Positions 27,511 to 37,762 are shown, numbered from the stretch's first letter. The stretch is DNA of 64,000 bases from Candidatus Hydrogenedentota bacterium (GCA_045863295.1 BTWA01000003.1:128001-192000), one strand, 5' to 3'. Notes: generated by a model from the letters alone, not told the origin. Numbers and translations are program-made.

Positions 27511-29652
27511 TCACGACGGCGCCGGCACGGGTTCCGCAGCCGGCAACTCGGGCGCGGGCGCCGAGCTTTCATCCAATACCGGTGTCAAGGGGCGGCTGCC
27601 GCGGCGGCCTTGGAACATGAGCAAATCGCCATCGATTGCGAGTTCGAACTGCTGCCCGCCGATGTCCATTTTTACTTTGCCATCGATAACCTCGTATTTA
27701 CCTTTCGGGCCGCGATTGAAGATCACGACGCCGTCTTCCTTGAAGTCAAGGCGCATTCGGTCACCGCGGCGCCATGTCGTACCAACAATGGTTTGTGCAT
27801 CCAACATGATACCGGTATGAATGATAGGCTCATCCGGCTGTTGGCGGCGTTCGCGGGGCGGGTTCTGAGCGACTATTGGCGAGTCCGGATCGAAGGTGTA
27901 CATCATGTAGCCGATAAACATTTCCTCGTACGTCTGTTCGCCAAAGTACACCGTCGCCGAGGGATCGGGATTTTGCGGGTTGCGCGGGGAGTTGTCAAAC
28001 GCTCCGGTCGCAATGATGCGCGTGCCACCCGGCAAATGCTTTGGCTCTTTTAGTTGGTATAACGTTTGCCAATTGAAATCGTAGTTGGGCACGGACAGCA
28101 ACACTTCCGACGTACCGTCGGGATACTGCGCCTCATACTGAAAGCGCTTGCCACGGTAGTGCATGTGCGGCGACATTGCCCACAAGACCGAATCACGTTC
28201 TATCAGGTGGCCGGCCTCAGTGGGGGCATCGTGACTTCCCGCAGGAATTTCAAAACGGGTATTGGATGCGGCACGCGTGGCCAGCACGCGATCCGGCACG
28301 CCTTCGTGAAAATAAAGGGCCATTTGCGGCCGATCGATTTCTTCTTTGCCGGTAGCGGTGTAGTGCAGTTGGAAATAGAACTTGGTGCCGGCCGGCAGGT
28401 ATTTGCCCGAATTCTCGGGGAATGCGTGTGGCTCCATACCGGGCACGTATCCCGCGAAGAAACCGTTCAAGCCGCTGTCCGGATCGGTCTGCTGGTCTTG
28501 CTTTTCCGGTGGAAACAGCTCAAACACCAGTATATGGTGCGCGACTTCACGGTTGCTCGGCCGCACTTCGACCGCACGAACCCACTTGTCTTCCTCTAAG
28601 CCCGAAGGCACTTCAATGTAACGGTAGTCAAAGACGCCGGTGGACGATACCTGCTGGTCTTCCGGTAGTGATATCACCATATCCGGCTCGCCCAATTTCC
28701 ATTCCGTCACGGGCATATCGGCCACGGATTCCAGCGGATCGATTTCTCCGTCGGCCGGCGAGCCCGCATCGATCCAGGCGACAAACTTCCGCAATTCGGC
28801 CGGAGTCAGAGCGCGATCATTTCCGAATTCGCCATGCTTGGGATCGGCGTGCCAAGGCGGCATCCGTTTGGACATCACCGCCTCCTTGATGGTGGGACCC
28901 CACGTTTTTACGCGCTGATGGCTTGAGAATGAAAATGGACCCACGTTGCCGGGGCTGTGACACGCAACACACTTGCCCTGCACAATGGGCACGATATCCT
29001 GCGTGTACGATACGTCTTTCACCGCCGCCGCAAAGAAGATTTTGCAGCCCTTCACCGGCGTTGACTTGACCTTGATCTCCTCGCCCTTCAGCAGCGCCTG
29101 GATTGCATCGTCCAGCCAGGTTTCGGTGGGCTCGGGTTTACGGGCCGTATAGTCGATGCTGTCGTCGATCGCCCCGCGGTAGAGAATTGCCCAATCCTTT
29201 GGATTGATTAGGATGGCTTCGCAGGTCCGCTCGACGCCAAGCGACTTCACCACCAATTGCGCTTCATCAAGCAGGATGGGGATATCTATGCCGAATTCCT
29301 TCGCTTCGCTCGCCACGTCTTCCCGTGTGTCGAGCGGGTTGCCGTTCAACATAAGGAAAACGACGCCCTCGGGGGCATATTTGTCACGCAGGGCTTTCAA
29401 AGCCGGCACGCTTTTTTGCGCAATCGGGCAGCCATTACCCGTGGTATACAGCACAATGGCTTTTGAATCCGCTCCGTACCGGTGCAACTCATGCGACTGA
29501 CCGAGATGATCCATGAGCCGGAAATTCTCGGCCTTCGCGGGTTTGGCGGTTTCGGCGGGCGTTTCGCTGTCGTGCTGCGCCCATGCGTACGAAACCATCA
29601 CTCCAATGGCCAGAAAGGTTCCGGCAACTCCGAAAACAACTGCGCGAATCAT
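27511..29652 (-). CDS. Secreted redoxin + cytochrome c + PHM/DBH-like copper monooxygenase fusion (copy 2)
   Basis: Signal peptide; GCPI redoxin; CVACH; MPPW; HHIL, QLHY, PHMH, EEM. Confidence 0.85.
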   Translation of the reverse strand: MIRAVVFGVAGTFLAIGVMVSYAWAQHDSETPAETAKPAKAENFRLMDHLGQSHELHRYGADSKAIVLYTTGNGCPIAQKSVPALKALRDKYAPEGVVFLMLNGNPLDTREDVASEAKEFGIDIPILLDEAQLVVKSLGVERTCEAILINPKDWAILYRGAIDDSIDYTARKPEPTETWLDDAIQALLKGEEIKVKSTPVKGCKIFFAAAVKDVSYTQDIVPIVQGKCVACHSPGNVGPFSFSSHQRVKTWGPTIKEAVMSKRMPPWHADPKHGEFGNDRALTPAELRKFVAWIDAGSPADGEIDPLESVADMPVTEWKLGEPDMVISLPEDQQVSSTGVFDYRYIEVPSGLEEDKWVRAVEVRPSNREVAHHILVFELFPPEKQDQQTDPDSGLNGFFAGYVPGMEPHAFPENSGKYLPAGTKFYFQLHYTATGKEEIDRPQMALYFHEGVPDRVLATRAASNTRFEIPAGSHDAPTEAGHLIERDSVLWAMSPHMHYRGKRFQYEAQYPDGTSEVLLSVPNYDFNWQTLYQLKEPKHLPGGTRIIATGAFDNSPRNPQNPDPSATVYFGEQTYEEMFIGYMMYTFDPDSPIVAQNPPRERRQQPDEPIIHTGIMLDAQTIVGTTWRRGDRMRLDFKEDGVVIFNRGPKGKYEVIDGKVKMDIGGQQFELAIDGDLLMFQGRRGSRPLTPVLDESSAPAPELPAAEPVPAPS

Positions 29653-29688
29653 GGCCCACTCCCTGGTTACGCTTGTGGCATCCAACGC

Positions 29689-31704
29689 CTATTGGATACG
29701 CGGTACTGGCTCGCCGTCATCATACGTCAACTGATCGCCGTTGATTAAAAGGTCGTATTCATTCCCCAACACTTTCATTACAACACGCTGTCCGTCAAAC
29801 CACCAGCGGCCGCGGATGCCTTTGTTCACCTGAAGCTTGCCTTCCGCGTTGAATGTGAATTTGTAGCGGCCGCTTTGCCAGACCGTGCCGACAATATTTT
29901 CCTCGGTGATGGGAATTCCCGTGCGGATGGATTCAATTACTTCCTTCTCTTTATCCACCTTTACCGGTGCGTCGGGATCAAACGAGTAGTCCAGATACCC
30001 AATGAACATCTCGTCGAACGTCTGGTCGCCAAAATACACCGTTGTCGTCGGATCCGGGTTGTTTGGATTGCGCACTGAATTGTCGAATCCGCCGGAGGCA
30101 TGAATTACCGTGCCGGCCGGTAGCTTCTTCGGTTTCTGCAATTCGTAGATGTGCTGCCAATTGAAGTCATAGGCAGGCACCGACAACAACAGCTCGCGCT
30201 TGCCGTTGGGGTACTCGGCTTCGTACTTGAACCACTTGCCGCGAAGGTGCATGTGGGGAATCAGTTTGTGCAACGTGGCGTCGCGGTCGACCGTAAACTC
30301 CGCCGTGGTCGTGCTGTTGTAGTCGCCCGGCAGAATCTCAAAATCGATATTGTTCGCCGCGCGGGTCACAAACTCCCTCGCAGGCGGCGTATCGTGAAAA
30401 TATAGCGCCATTTGAGTACGTTCATGCTCTTCCTTGCCAGTCGCGGTGTAGTGATTCTGAAAAACAAAACGGGATCCGGCAGGCAAGAACTTGCCGGAAT
30501 CCTTGGGATATACCTGGGGATGGAACCCCGGTACATAGCCCGCGAAGAATCCCTCCAATCCGCCGTCGTTATCGTCGTCTTCGTCATCGTCCTCATTTTC
30601 GCGCCGGTTGGGTTCGCTGAGAAATACCAGCACGTGGTGAGTTACTTGCCGGTTGTTCGTGCGCACTTCGACCGCGCGCACCCACTTGTCTTCCGTAAGT
30701 CCGGAAGGCACGCCAAAGTAGCGATAGTCGAATACACCCGACGCGGGTATCACTTGATCCTCGGGCAATTCGACCAGCAAGTCCGGTTCACCAAGCGACC
30801 ACGCCGGCATTTCCATGTCTTCCACCGCTTCGAGCGGATCGACATCGCCATCCTTGGGCGCGCCCGCATCAAGCCATGCAAGCACGGTGCGGGTTTCCTT
30901 CGCAGACAAATCCCGCGCATTCGAAAATGCCCCAACCTCTTCGTCCGCGTGCCACGGCGGCATACGTTGAGTCATCAGGACTTCTTCGATCATCGGGCCC
31001 CAGGTTTGTACGCGGCGATGGCTGGAGAAACTGAATGGGCCAATATTGCCCGGACTGTGGCAACTTACACACTTGTTCTCGATGATCGGAACAATGTCGT
31101 TGACATACGAAACCTCTTGAGGCAACGGCTGGTACTTGATGGCCGTACCGTTGCTGGCTTCGCCTGACGTCACTTCTTTCCCTGCGATTACGGCCTCCAA
31201 AGCCGCCTTTAGCCCTGCTGCGGCACCACGATAGACAATTCCGCACTCTTTAGGTTCCACCACCAGGGCCTCTCCATTGCGCTCGAAGCCAAGACGGCGG
31301 GAGACCATTTGCGATTCGTCCATCAGAATTGGCAATGCCACACCCGCATCCGCAACGATGTCGGCCACGTGACCGCGCTTTTCCCGCTTGTTCGCGTCCA
31401 GAAAAAGGAAGACTACGCCTTGTTGGCCCAGTTCCTGGTGAAGGGCATTCAAGTTGGGCAGGTCAGCGCGAGACGTGTCGCACTTGGTCGAGAAGGAGTA
31501 GATAACAATGGCTTTCGCATCGGCGCAGTAGCGTGAAAGTTGATGCGCCTCGCCGTTCTGATCAATTAATAGGAAATCAGGGGCTTTGTTTGGCTTTACG
31601 CCGGGGTCGGCCTGTTCAACGTTTTGCCCCGCGGCAGTCAGAGCCAGCACCATCGTCAGCAGCACGTTCGTCACCCAAATCTTTCCAGCAAACCTTGACC
31701 GCAT
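29689..31704 (-). CDS. Secreted redoxin + cytochrome c + PHM/DBH-like copper monooxygenase fusion (copy 1)
   Basis: Signal peptide; APDF.L.D..G redoxin; CVSCH; MPPW; HHVL, QNHY, PHMH, DEM; start 31704 or 31713. Confidence 0.85.
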   Translation of the reverse strand: MRSRFAGKIWVTNVLLTMVLALTAAGQNVEQADPGVKPNKAPDFLLIDQNGEAHQLSRYCADAKAIVIYSFSTKCDTSRADLPNLNALHQELGQQGVVFLFLDANKREKRGHVADIVADAGVALPILMDESQMVSRRLGFERNGEALVVEPKECGIVYRGAAAGLKAALEAVIAGKEVTSGEASNGTAIKYQPLPQEVSYVNDIVPIIENKCVSCHSPGNIGPFSFSSHRRVQTWGPMIEEVLMTQRMPPWHADEEVGAFSNARDLSAKETRTVLAWLDAGAPKDGDVDPLEAVEDMEMPAWSLGEPDLLVELPEDQVIPASGVFDYRYFGVPSGLTEDKWVRAVEVRTNNRQVTHHVLVFLSEPNRRENEDDDEDDDNDGGLEGFFAGYVPGFHPQVYPKDSGKFLPAGSRFVFQNHYTATGKEEHERTQMALYFHDTPPAREFVTRAANNIDFEILPGDYNSTTTAEFTVDRDATLHKLIPHMHLRGKWFKYEAEYPNGKRELLLSVPAYDFNWQHIYELQKPKKLPAGTVIHASGGFDNSVRNPNNPDPTTTVYFGDQTFDEMFIGYLDYSFDPDAPVKVDKEKEVIESIRTGIPITEENIVGTVWQSGRYKFTFNAEGKLQVNKGIRGRWWFDGQRVVMKVLGNEYDLLINGDQLTYDDGEPVPRIQ

Positions 31705-32037
31705 GATAGCCATCCTCTTGTCATTACCTACCGGTGGGTACGAATTCGCTTGACAGGCTCCCTTCGAAGGAACCCCTGTCGACCGGATTGGCACAACCTC
31801 GCACAAATTCGAATTGCATGGATATTCGGCAATCGGCACATCGCGCAGAAATGCCGCAAATTACTGATACGAATACCTTTACGGAATAAGCTCCGTTCAC
31901 CATGAGAGCGGGGGCGACCATGCCACTACGAGGCCGGTCCCCGCCAAGCTACGACGATTCCACAGCTAGACGATACACGATACTGGTCTTTTTGACAAGG
32001 TACAAGAAACAGTCCTGCCCTTCACTTCCATGCATTC

Positions 32038-32067
32038 ATTGGACGCAGGAAACCAAGTAAAGGTTTG
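32038..32067 (-). promoter_or_regulatory. ECF-sigma-type promoter upstream of the monooxygenase pair
   Basis: Minus strand AAAC-N17-CGTCCAA. Confidence 0.4.
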
Positions 32068-32106
32068 GAAAATTTTGGAGTGATTGCCACAAACACGTGT
32101 GGATAG

Positions 32107-32982
32107 TCAGTCGCCGATGCCAACAAGCGTGAGCGCTCTGGATATGGCTTCAAACCGGGCCGGCAGATATCCGGCCGGGTCCCCGTCCACCTGCATGGGG
32201 ACGGGGCTGTTCGATGCGCTGCTCAGTTCGACCACCGCGCCCTTTATGTAAGTTATCGACCGCAATGATGTGAAACCGGGGAAAAACGCGCGAAGCGCGA
32301 GCCAGGCGAGTCGCAGCGGTCGCGGCTCACGAATGATGCAAACATCCAGCAGGCCGTCATCAGTAACGGCCGCGGGCGTGAACGGGATGATTCCGGCCGT
32401 GTACCTGCAGTTGCCGATGATGACATAGCCCGCATTTGATTCAATCTCCATTCCATCCACGACAACACGAATAGGAGCGGGCTCGAATGTGAATGCCGTC
32501 TTCAGCGTGGGCAGAATCCATGCGAGCAGTCCGAGTTTCTTGCCCCGGTGTGCATGAATTACATTCACCACGGCGGCATCGAATCCAGCGCCGGCTCCCA
32601 TCAAGAAGCGATGTCCGTTGGCGGATCCCAAATCCAGAACGCGGCGCTTTCCGGACACAATCCTCTCCGCCAGGACAGCGGGATCGCGCGAAAGCCCATA
32701 CTCCCGTGCAACGACGTTCGCGGTACCCAATGGCAGTATGGCGAGCGGCACGGCGGTCCCCGTGAAGCCGTTTACGACTTCGTTGGCCGTGCCGTCTCCG
32801 CCAACGGATGCCACGCAGTCGTAGCCATGGGCGGCAGCCGCGGACCGCGCATCGCCCTGGGCTCGGGTAATCACCGTGTGCGTATCCGCACCGCGACTCC
32901 GAAGCTCGCGAGCAAGCTGGTTTGCCGTGAATTCGCCTTTGCCGCCGCCGGCGATGGGATTGGCAATAATCAGTACGTTCAC
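32107..32982 (-). CDS. Diacylglycerol kinase family (YegS/DgkB-like) lipid kinase
   Basis: NPIAG, GGDGT, PLGTAN, GAGFDA, DDGLLD, QVDGD. Confidence 0.92.
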   Translation of the reverse strand: MNVLIIANPIAGGGKGEFTANQLARELRSRGADTHTVITRAQGDARSAAAAHGYDCVASVGGDGTANEVVNGFTGTAVPLAILPLGTANVVAREYGLSRDPAVLAERIVSGKRRVLDLGSANGHRFLMGAGAGFDAAVVNVIHAHRGKKLGLLAWILPTLKTAFTFEPAPIRVVVDGMEIESNAGYVIIGNCRYTAGIIPFTPAAVTDDGLLDVCIIREPRPLRLAWLALRAFFPGFTSLRSITYIKGAVVELSSASNSPVPMQVDGDPAGYLPARFEAISRALTLVGIGD

Positions 32983-33109
32983 GTCAGCGAATTGCCCCTG
33001 TTCGCCAGGTGTGGCGGACTGCCGCTTTGCCAGCCGGATCGTTCATGGCCACATGGAACTTTACTCACAGGCAAGTCCCCAACGGCCGTGCCAATCTTCA
33101 TTCTCATCT

Positions 33110-33802
33110 CTAACGATCCAGCTTGGCCAATTCCTGAAAGAACCAATCCTGTGCTGGAAATCTCGTATTCATTTTCAAGTAAGCGGTGTGGCCGTCCAGA
33201 TACACTACATGGATGCCTGTTGAATGATTCCCCGGCCGCTCTATCAACACGGGGATTTCCGCAGGCGTGGAATCACCCTCGGGCTCCAACCGCAATCGGC
33301 GCACGGTTGCGCTGCCGCCCCGCGCGCCAAACTGCGATATCAGGTCGCCGTGAAACGACTCGCCCACGGATATCTGTTTTCGGTACGCCTGAAAAAAGGC
33401 GCGCGCCTGTTGCGGATTGGCAATTTCATACCCAAAGTAAAAATACGACCGATCATGACATTGGACAGGAGGTATGCGTTGGCCGTCCCGGTGCGGTTCG
33501 TTCGGACAGGAAAACACCGTCCTGTTGCCATCAAGGCCGGACATCTCCACGGCGGGGTCGAGTGTAAAATCACCGGCAAAAGACGAAACCGGGGGCAATA
33601 GGCCGCCGTTTGCATCCGCCCACTGGGTACAGGCAAGGGCGATGAGAATCATGTTGTTTTGGCAGGTCGATCGCCGAGCAGGCTCAAGATTAGAGGAAAA
33701 GGACGACGTTAAGAGCACCGTGCCAATGATCATGCCCAGGATAATGAAACCCGCGGAATAAACAAACGCTTGGCGATCGGCCCATGCGGATTGACCGTTC
33801 AC
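33110..33802 (-). CDS. DUF1559-like / H-X9-DG C-terminal protein with N-terminal TM
   Basis: ARR.TCQNN...I.LA....A..N.G.LP, FSCP, SY.Y.G, NH..G..V.YLDGH; start uncertain (GTG 33802). Confidence 0.75.
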   Translation of the reverse strand: MNGQSAWADRQAFVYSAGFIILGMIIGTVLLTSSFSSNLEPARRSTCQNNMILIALACTQWADANGGLLPPVSSFAGDFTLDPAVEMSGLDGNRTVFSCPNEPHRDGQRIPPVQCHDRSYFYFGYEIANPQQARAFFQAYRKQISVGESFHGDLISQFGARGGSATVRRLRLEPEGDSTPAEIPVLIERPGNHSTGIHVVYLDGHTAYLKMNTRFPAQDWFFQELAKLDR

Positions 33803-33939
33803 GGATTCCGCCGGCGCCGGGCGCCTTGCAATGCGACCTTCTCGCGGTGTTTGACGGTTCAAGCCACGTTCGCTCGCTTTTCGGAACCCGCACAAACGGT
33901 TCGGTACGCCACATACCCCAGTTGGCCGAAACAACGCGT

Positions 33940-34323
33940 TTAATTCAATGCGTGGGGAAACAACAACTCGAACGCGCCAATATCCACCTCAAATTCCGCG
34001 CCATCGTCCCGGCGCATTGTATACGCACCTTCCATGGTGCCATACGATGTATGGAGCGGACAGGCGCTCATGTACTCGAAGTGGCGGCCGGGCTCGATGT
34101 AGGGCTGTTCTCCAACAACACCTTCGCCTTTGACTTCCTTTTCTTCGCCCAGGGCGTCCGTGATCACCCAATGGCGTCGCACAAGCTTTGCCGGTTCGTC
34201 ACCCTCGTTGATTATCTGTATCCGATAGGCAAAAAAGAACCGGTGCTCCGAGGGATTGGACCGGTCTGGAACGTAGAAGCTCTCAGTGATAACCCGAATG
34301 CTTTGTGTGACTGTATCTGACAT
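33940..34323 (-). CDS. apaG: ApaG protein
   Basis: FAY.I.I.N, RHW.ITD, V.G.GVVGEQP.I.PG..F.Y.S, G.M.G.Y. Confidence 0.95.
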   Translation of the reverse strand: MSDTVTQSIRVITESFYVPDRSNPSEHRFFFAYRIQIINEGDEPAKLVRRHWVITDALGEEKEVKGEGVVGEQPYIEPGRHFEYMSACPLHTSYGTMEGAYTMRRDDGAEFEVDIGAFELLFPHALN

Positions 34324-34406
34324 TTCTTGCCTGCAACCCAATGGAGTATGTCTCTACACCATATTCTATCAGAAGGGGTTGGGGGAGGCACAAGCGGAAG
34401 GGCGGG

Positions 34407-34994
34407 TCAGATCGTGCCGCGCCGCCGGAAACCGGGATCGCGGTAGGCGGCCCGTAACGCGTTGGAAACGCTTTCAATCTGTGCTTCCAGGTCGGTTACG
34501 TCCTTGGATTCAGGATCCACTTTGCGGGCGGCCTCGGCCTGTTCCTTGCACTTTTGCACTAATGCTTCAATGAGCGTGAACGGATTGAGCCCTGACGGTG
34601 CGCCGTTGTCGAGTATGAACAACAACTGACGCAGATGAACTTTCGCAATGTCGATGTGGCAAATGAGTTCAAAGTATTGGCTGGAAAACCGGGGTATAGG
34701 GCTGGGGCCGCCCGTTCGCTTATAAATCGCCAGCGCGGTCTCAAGCTCGCCTTGAGCCACCATCAGCCAGCGGTTGTCCGAAGAACTCAAGTAACACCAG
34801 CCAAGGTAATAGTGGCCCCCAGCGTGGTGAGGCTGTTCCAGGAGTAGTTGTTTCAGAATTGGGATGGCTTCGTCGAAACGTGTTTCAAGGCACAGGTATT
34901 CCGCTTCAGCCAGCAGATCCCGTTTCGGTTGTGACTGACAAGCGGCGGCCCCAATCGCTATCAGGACCGCCGCCGTAACTCTCTTAATTGCCAT
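34407..34994 (-). CDS. TPR-repeat lipoprotein
   Basis: Lipobox-like GAAAC; TPR pattern F.EAI..LK..L...P.HA..HYYLG..Y. Confidence 0.75.
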   Translation of the reverse strand: MAIKRVTAAVLIAIGAAACQSQPKRDLLAEAEYLCLETRFDEAIPILKQLLLEQPHHAGGHYYLGWCYLSSSDNRWLMVAQGELETALAIYKRTGGPSPIPRFSSQYFELICHIDIAKVHLRQLLFILDNGAPSGLNPFTLIEALVQKCKEQAEAARKVDPESKDVTDLEAQIESVSNALRAAYRDPGFRRRGTI

Positions 34995-36372
34995 TGTTCC
35001 AACGAGGCTGGATACGGAAGAATCCGGTGCGTGGCCCAAACCGGCAGAATACCGTGATCTCCGTGGGCTTCGCTTCGGTCACTTTCGCGAGCGCTGCCTC
35101 GAACTCTTCAATCGTGGTAACCGGATGCCCCCCGAAATTCATGATAATCATGCCCGCGCGCAATCCGGCAAGCTGGCCATAACTGCCGGACTCAACCCGC
35201 CGGATAATGACGCCTTGAACATCGTTGCTCAAATTGAGCATGAGCCTGACATCCGTCGTCAGTTCCCGCACAGTCAGCCCAAATACTGTGTCTTCGAATT
35301 CCACGGCGTCTCGCGAGGACTTGGGCCGTTCGGTTAACGTCACCGACACGTCCATCGGCGCACCTTCGCGAAGCAGCTTCACGGGAACAGCTTTGCCGAT
35401 TCCCGCGTCGCGTATTACCTTGGTAAAGGCCAGGATCTCCCGATCCAGTTTTGCACGTACAGGAATCTCATTAAATGTCGTGATAACGTCGCCTGCCTGA
35501 AGCCCGGCCACGGCGGCCGGCGAGTCGGCAATGACGGTGCTGACCACCACGCCTCCTTCTTTGGGCAGGTTCCAGTATTCAGCCATGTCATCCGTTAAAG
35601 GCTGTGTAAACACGCCGAGAAACGCGTCGTCTTCCTGCGCATCCAGTGTTTCCTTGCCGGGAGGATTGTCGATGTAGTGTTGAAACAAAGCCGACTGATA
35701 GACAAGGGGATGGCCGCTGCGGATGTACAAATCGCCGCCCTCGTTCGTGGAAAGGTCAAACCCAACCACGCCGACAACATTGCCGGATGCGTTCACCACA
35801 GGCCCCCCGACGTAACCGAACACAATCCGTTCGTCGAGGCAATAGGTGCGGCGCGGCTTTTCAAGCACGGCCGTCACCCGGCGTTCGACAATCGAAGTGG
35901 TGTAATCAAGGCTTTCGCCCATCAAACCGATGATCAAGAGCGGTTCGCCCAGATCGAGGCCGCCCGGCGCAAATCGAACATGCGGCAGATTCAAGGCTTC
36001 GTTGGAAACAATCCGAAGAAAGCAGACGTTAATATCCTCCGGTTTCCGAAGCGCCTCTGCGTCGTATTCGCGCTCGCTTTCCCCTTGCCCTACAACTACC
36101 TTGATATTGAACGGCTGGGAATTCTCGAGTTGCATGTGGCCATGCGCCATGACCAGCCCATCCGCGCTCACGATGAGTCCCGCGGCTCGCGTGTTGCGCT
36201 TGCTGACCTGGCCCGACGCCGGATTCGTCACTTCCGACGAATACGTGATCATGCACACAGACGGCGCAACTTTGTCGTAACTCGACGCAACAAACTCCTG
36301 GGAAAACACTTGCGCACCGCTCACTGCCGCGAGGGCAAGGCATAGGGTCAGTCCGACGATGCTACTTCTCAT
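34984..36372 (-). CDS. HtrA/DegQ-like protein with 2 PDZ domains, catalytically inactive
   Basis: Trypsin fold with GLIVS.DG.V; GYVGGP replaces GNSGGP; NVCFL replaces DIAVL; PDZ FLGV, SPA..AGL..GDVI, FGLTV. Confidence 0.85.
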   Translation of the reverse strand: MRSSIVGLTLCLALAAVSGAQVFSQEFVASSYDKVAPSVCMITYSSEVTNPASGQVSKRNTRAAGLIVSADGLVMAHGHMQLENSQPFNIKVVVGQGESEREYDAEALRKPEDINVCFLRIVSNEALNLPHVRFAPGGLDLGEPLLIIGLMGESLDYTTSIVERRVTAVLEKPRRTYCLDERIVFGYVGGPVVNASGNVVGVVGFDLSTNEGGDLYIRSGHPLVYQSALFQHYIDNPPGKETLDAQEDDAFLGVFTQPLTDDMAEYWNLPKEGGVVVSTVIADSPAAVAGLQAGDVITTFNEIPVRAKLDREILAFTKVIRDAGIGKAVPVKLLREGAPMDVSVTLTERPKSSRDAVEFEDTVFGLTVRELTTDVRLMLNLSNDVQGVIIRRVESGSYGQLAGLRAGMIIMNFGGHPVTTIEEFEAALAKVTEAKPTEITVFCRFGPRTGFFRIQPRWNNGN

Positions 36373-37762
36373 TCAATTGATCTCCCGGCACAGTCGCTGG
36401 CACTTCCGCTTGATCCGCGGCGTCCGCCTCGGCTTCTTCTTCGCCTTCTGCCACCTGCTTCACGAGCACAAATCGAATCAGCGATCCGCGCTTGACCGTC
36501 AGCATTGTCAGTTTTGTCTTCTGTTCGACCCGTTGGGTATACATCTCTTTGAAACCGCTGAGCGAGGGTACTTCCACCCCGTCTACCGTGAGAATGATGT
36601 CGCCTTCGCGTAGACCGGCATTGGCCGCCAGCCCGCCCACCTGCACGCCGGACACATAAACGCCCTGTCGTGTCGGCAACTGTGCACGCCGCACCATTTC
36701 CGGTGTAAGCTCCGCAAGTGTAAACGCCCACTCGCCCAACTCTTCTTCATCGCCACGCATGTCGCTGCGTTCGATGGTCGTCGCGGGGATATCCACTTCT
36801 TCGCCGGCGCGCCGGACTCGAACTTGAGCTTCCGCGCCTACCGGCAAATCCGCGATGGCCTTTTCAACCGCCGGCAACGCTTCCTCAAATCGGGCGTGTA
36901 CGGGTGCCCCGTTTAACGCGACAAGGATGTCGCCCGGGCGAATACCCGCATCGGCCGCCGGCGATAGCGGATCGACGTCGGCAATCACCACACCCTGCAC
37001 TTTGGGATCGTCCGTAACGCTGGTCATTGGCTGCAACATCAAGCCCAGCCAACTCCGTATCACCCGCCCGTCCGCGATGATCTCTTCCACCACTTCGCGT
37101 GCGATATCCACGGGAATGGCAAACCCAATGTTGTCCGCGCCGCCCAGTTTGCGTGTATTGACGCCAACCACCTCGCCGCGCAAGTTGACCAGCGGCCCTC
37201 CACTATTGCCCTGGTTGATGGCCGCGTCGGTCTGAATCCACGTGTTGTACGGGGAAATCGTCTCCCCGCTTTCGCCCAGATACCGATCGGTCACACTCAC
37301 AATGCCGCTCGACACGGACCGCGCAAGACCATGGGGACTACCCAGCGCCAGCACTGTCTGGCCCGTTTGAAGTGACGACGATTTGCCAAACGGCACGGTC
37401 GGGAGGTTATTCCGCTCCGACTCGATCTTGAGCACGGCTATATCCGTATAGCGATCGGTGCCGACAACTTGTGCGTCCACTTCTTCCCGGTTGGACAACA
37501 CGCATCGGACAAGGTTGCTATCACCGGCAACGTGCTCGTTGGTAACCACGTAACCGTCACTCGAAATGATAAATCCGCTGCCAAGCACAACCATGCCCTC
37601 GCGGCGCCCGCCGGAAAACACTTCCTTCACCGGACGAATATGTACGATGGCTGGAAGAACGTTATCTTTTGCGCGAATGACCGCGCGTTCCGACGACGAC
37701 CCCACGGTGGCGCATCCTGCGCCTAGCACGCATAGGGCGAGTACGACCGCTGTTTGTTTCAA
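36362..37762 (-). CDS. HtrA/DegP-type serine protease with 2 PDZ domains, lipoprotein
   Basis: GSGFII, TNEHV, TDIAVL, QTDAAINQGNSGGPL; lipobox LGAGC; AAGGAG SD before TTG 37762. Confidence 0.93.
   Translation of the reverse strand: MKQTAVVLALCVLGAGCATVGSSSERAVIRAKDNVLPAIVHIRPVKEVFSGGRREGMVVLGSGFIISSDGYVVTNEHVAGDSNLVRCVLSNREEVDAQVVGTDRYTDIAVLKIESERNNLPTVPFGKSSSLQTGQTVLALGSPHGLARSVSSGIVSVTDRYLGESGETISPYNTWIQTDAAINQGNSGGPLVNLRGEVVGVNTRKLGGADNIGFAIPVDIAREVVEEIIADGRVIRSWLGLMLQPMTSVTDDPKVQGVVIADVDPLSPAADAGIRPGDILVALNGAPVHARFEEALPAVEKAIADLPVGAEAQVRVRRAGEEVDIPATTIERSDMRGDEEELGEWAFTLAELTPEMVRRAQLPTRQGVYVSGVQVGGLAANAGLREGDIILTVDGVEVPSLSGFKEMYTQRVEQKTKLTMLTVKRGSLIRFVLVKQVAEGEEEAEADAADQAEVPATVPGDQLNEK

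Noticed and set aside
29653..29691. The two monooxygenase genes are in frame and separated by a single TAG (readthrough or pyrrolysine?)
   Set aside because: The downstream gene has its own AGGGAG SD, ATG and signal peptide; in-frame adjacency over a short gap is easily chance; no pyl genes seen
31788..31804. sigma54 promoter TTGGCAC...TCGCA
   Set aside because: GG-to-GC spacing is 9, not 10, and it points away from the downstream gene
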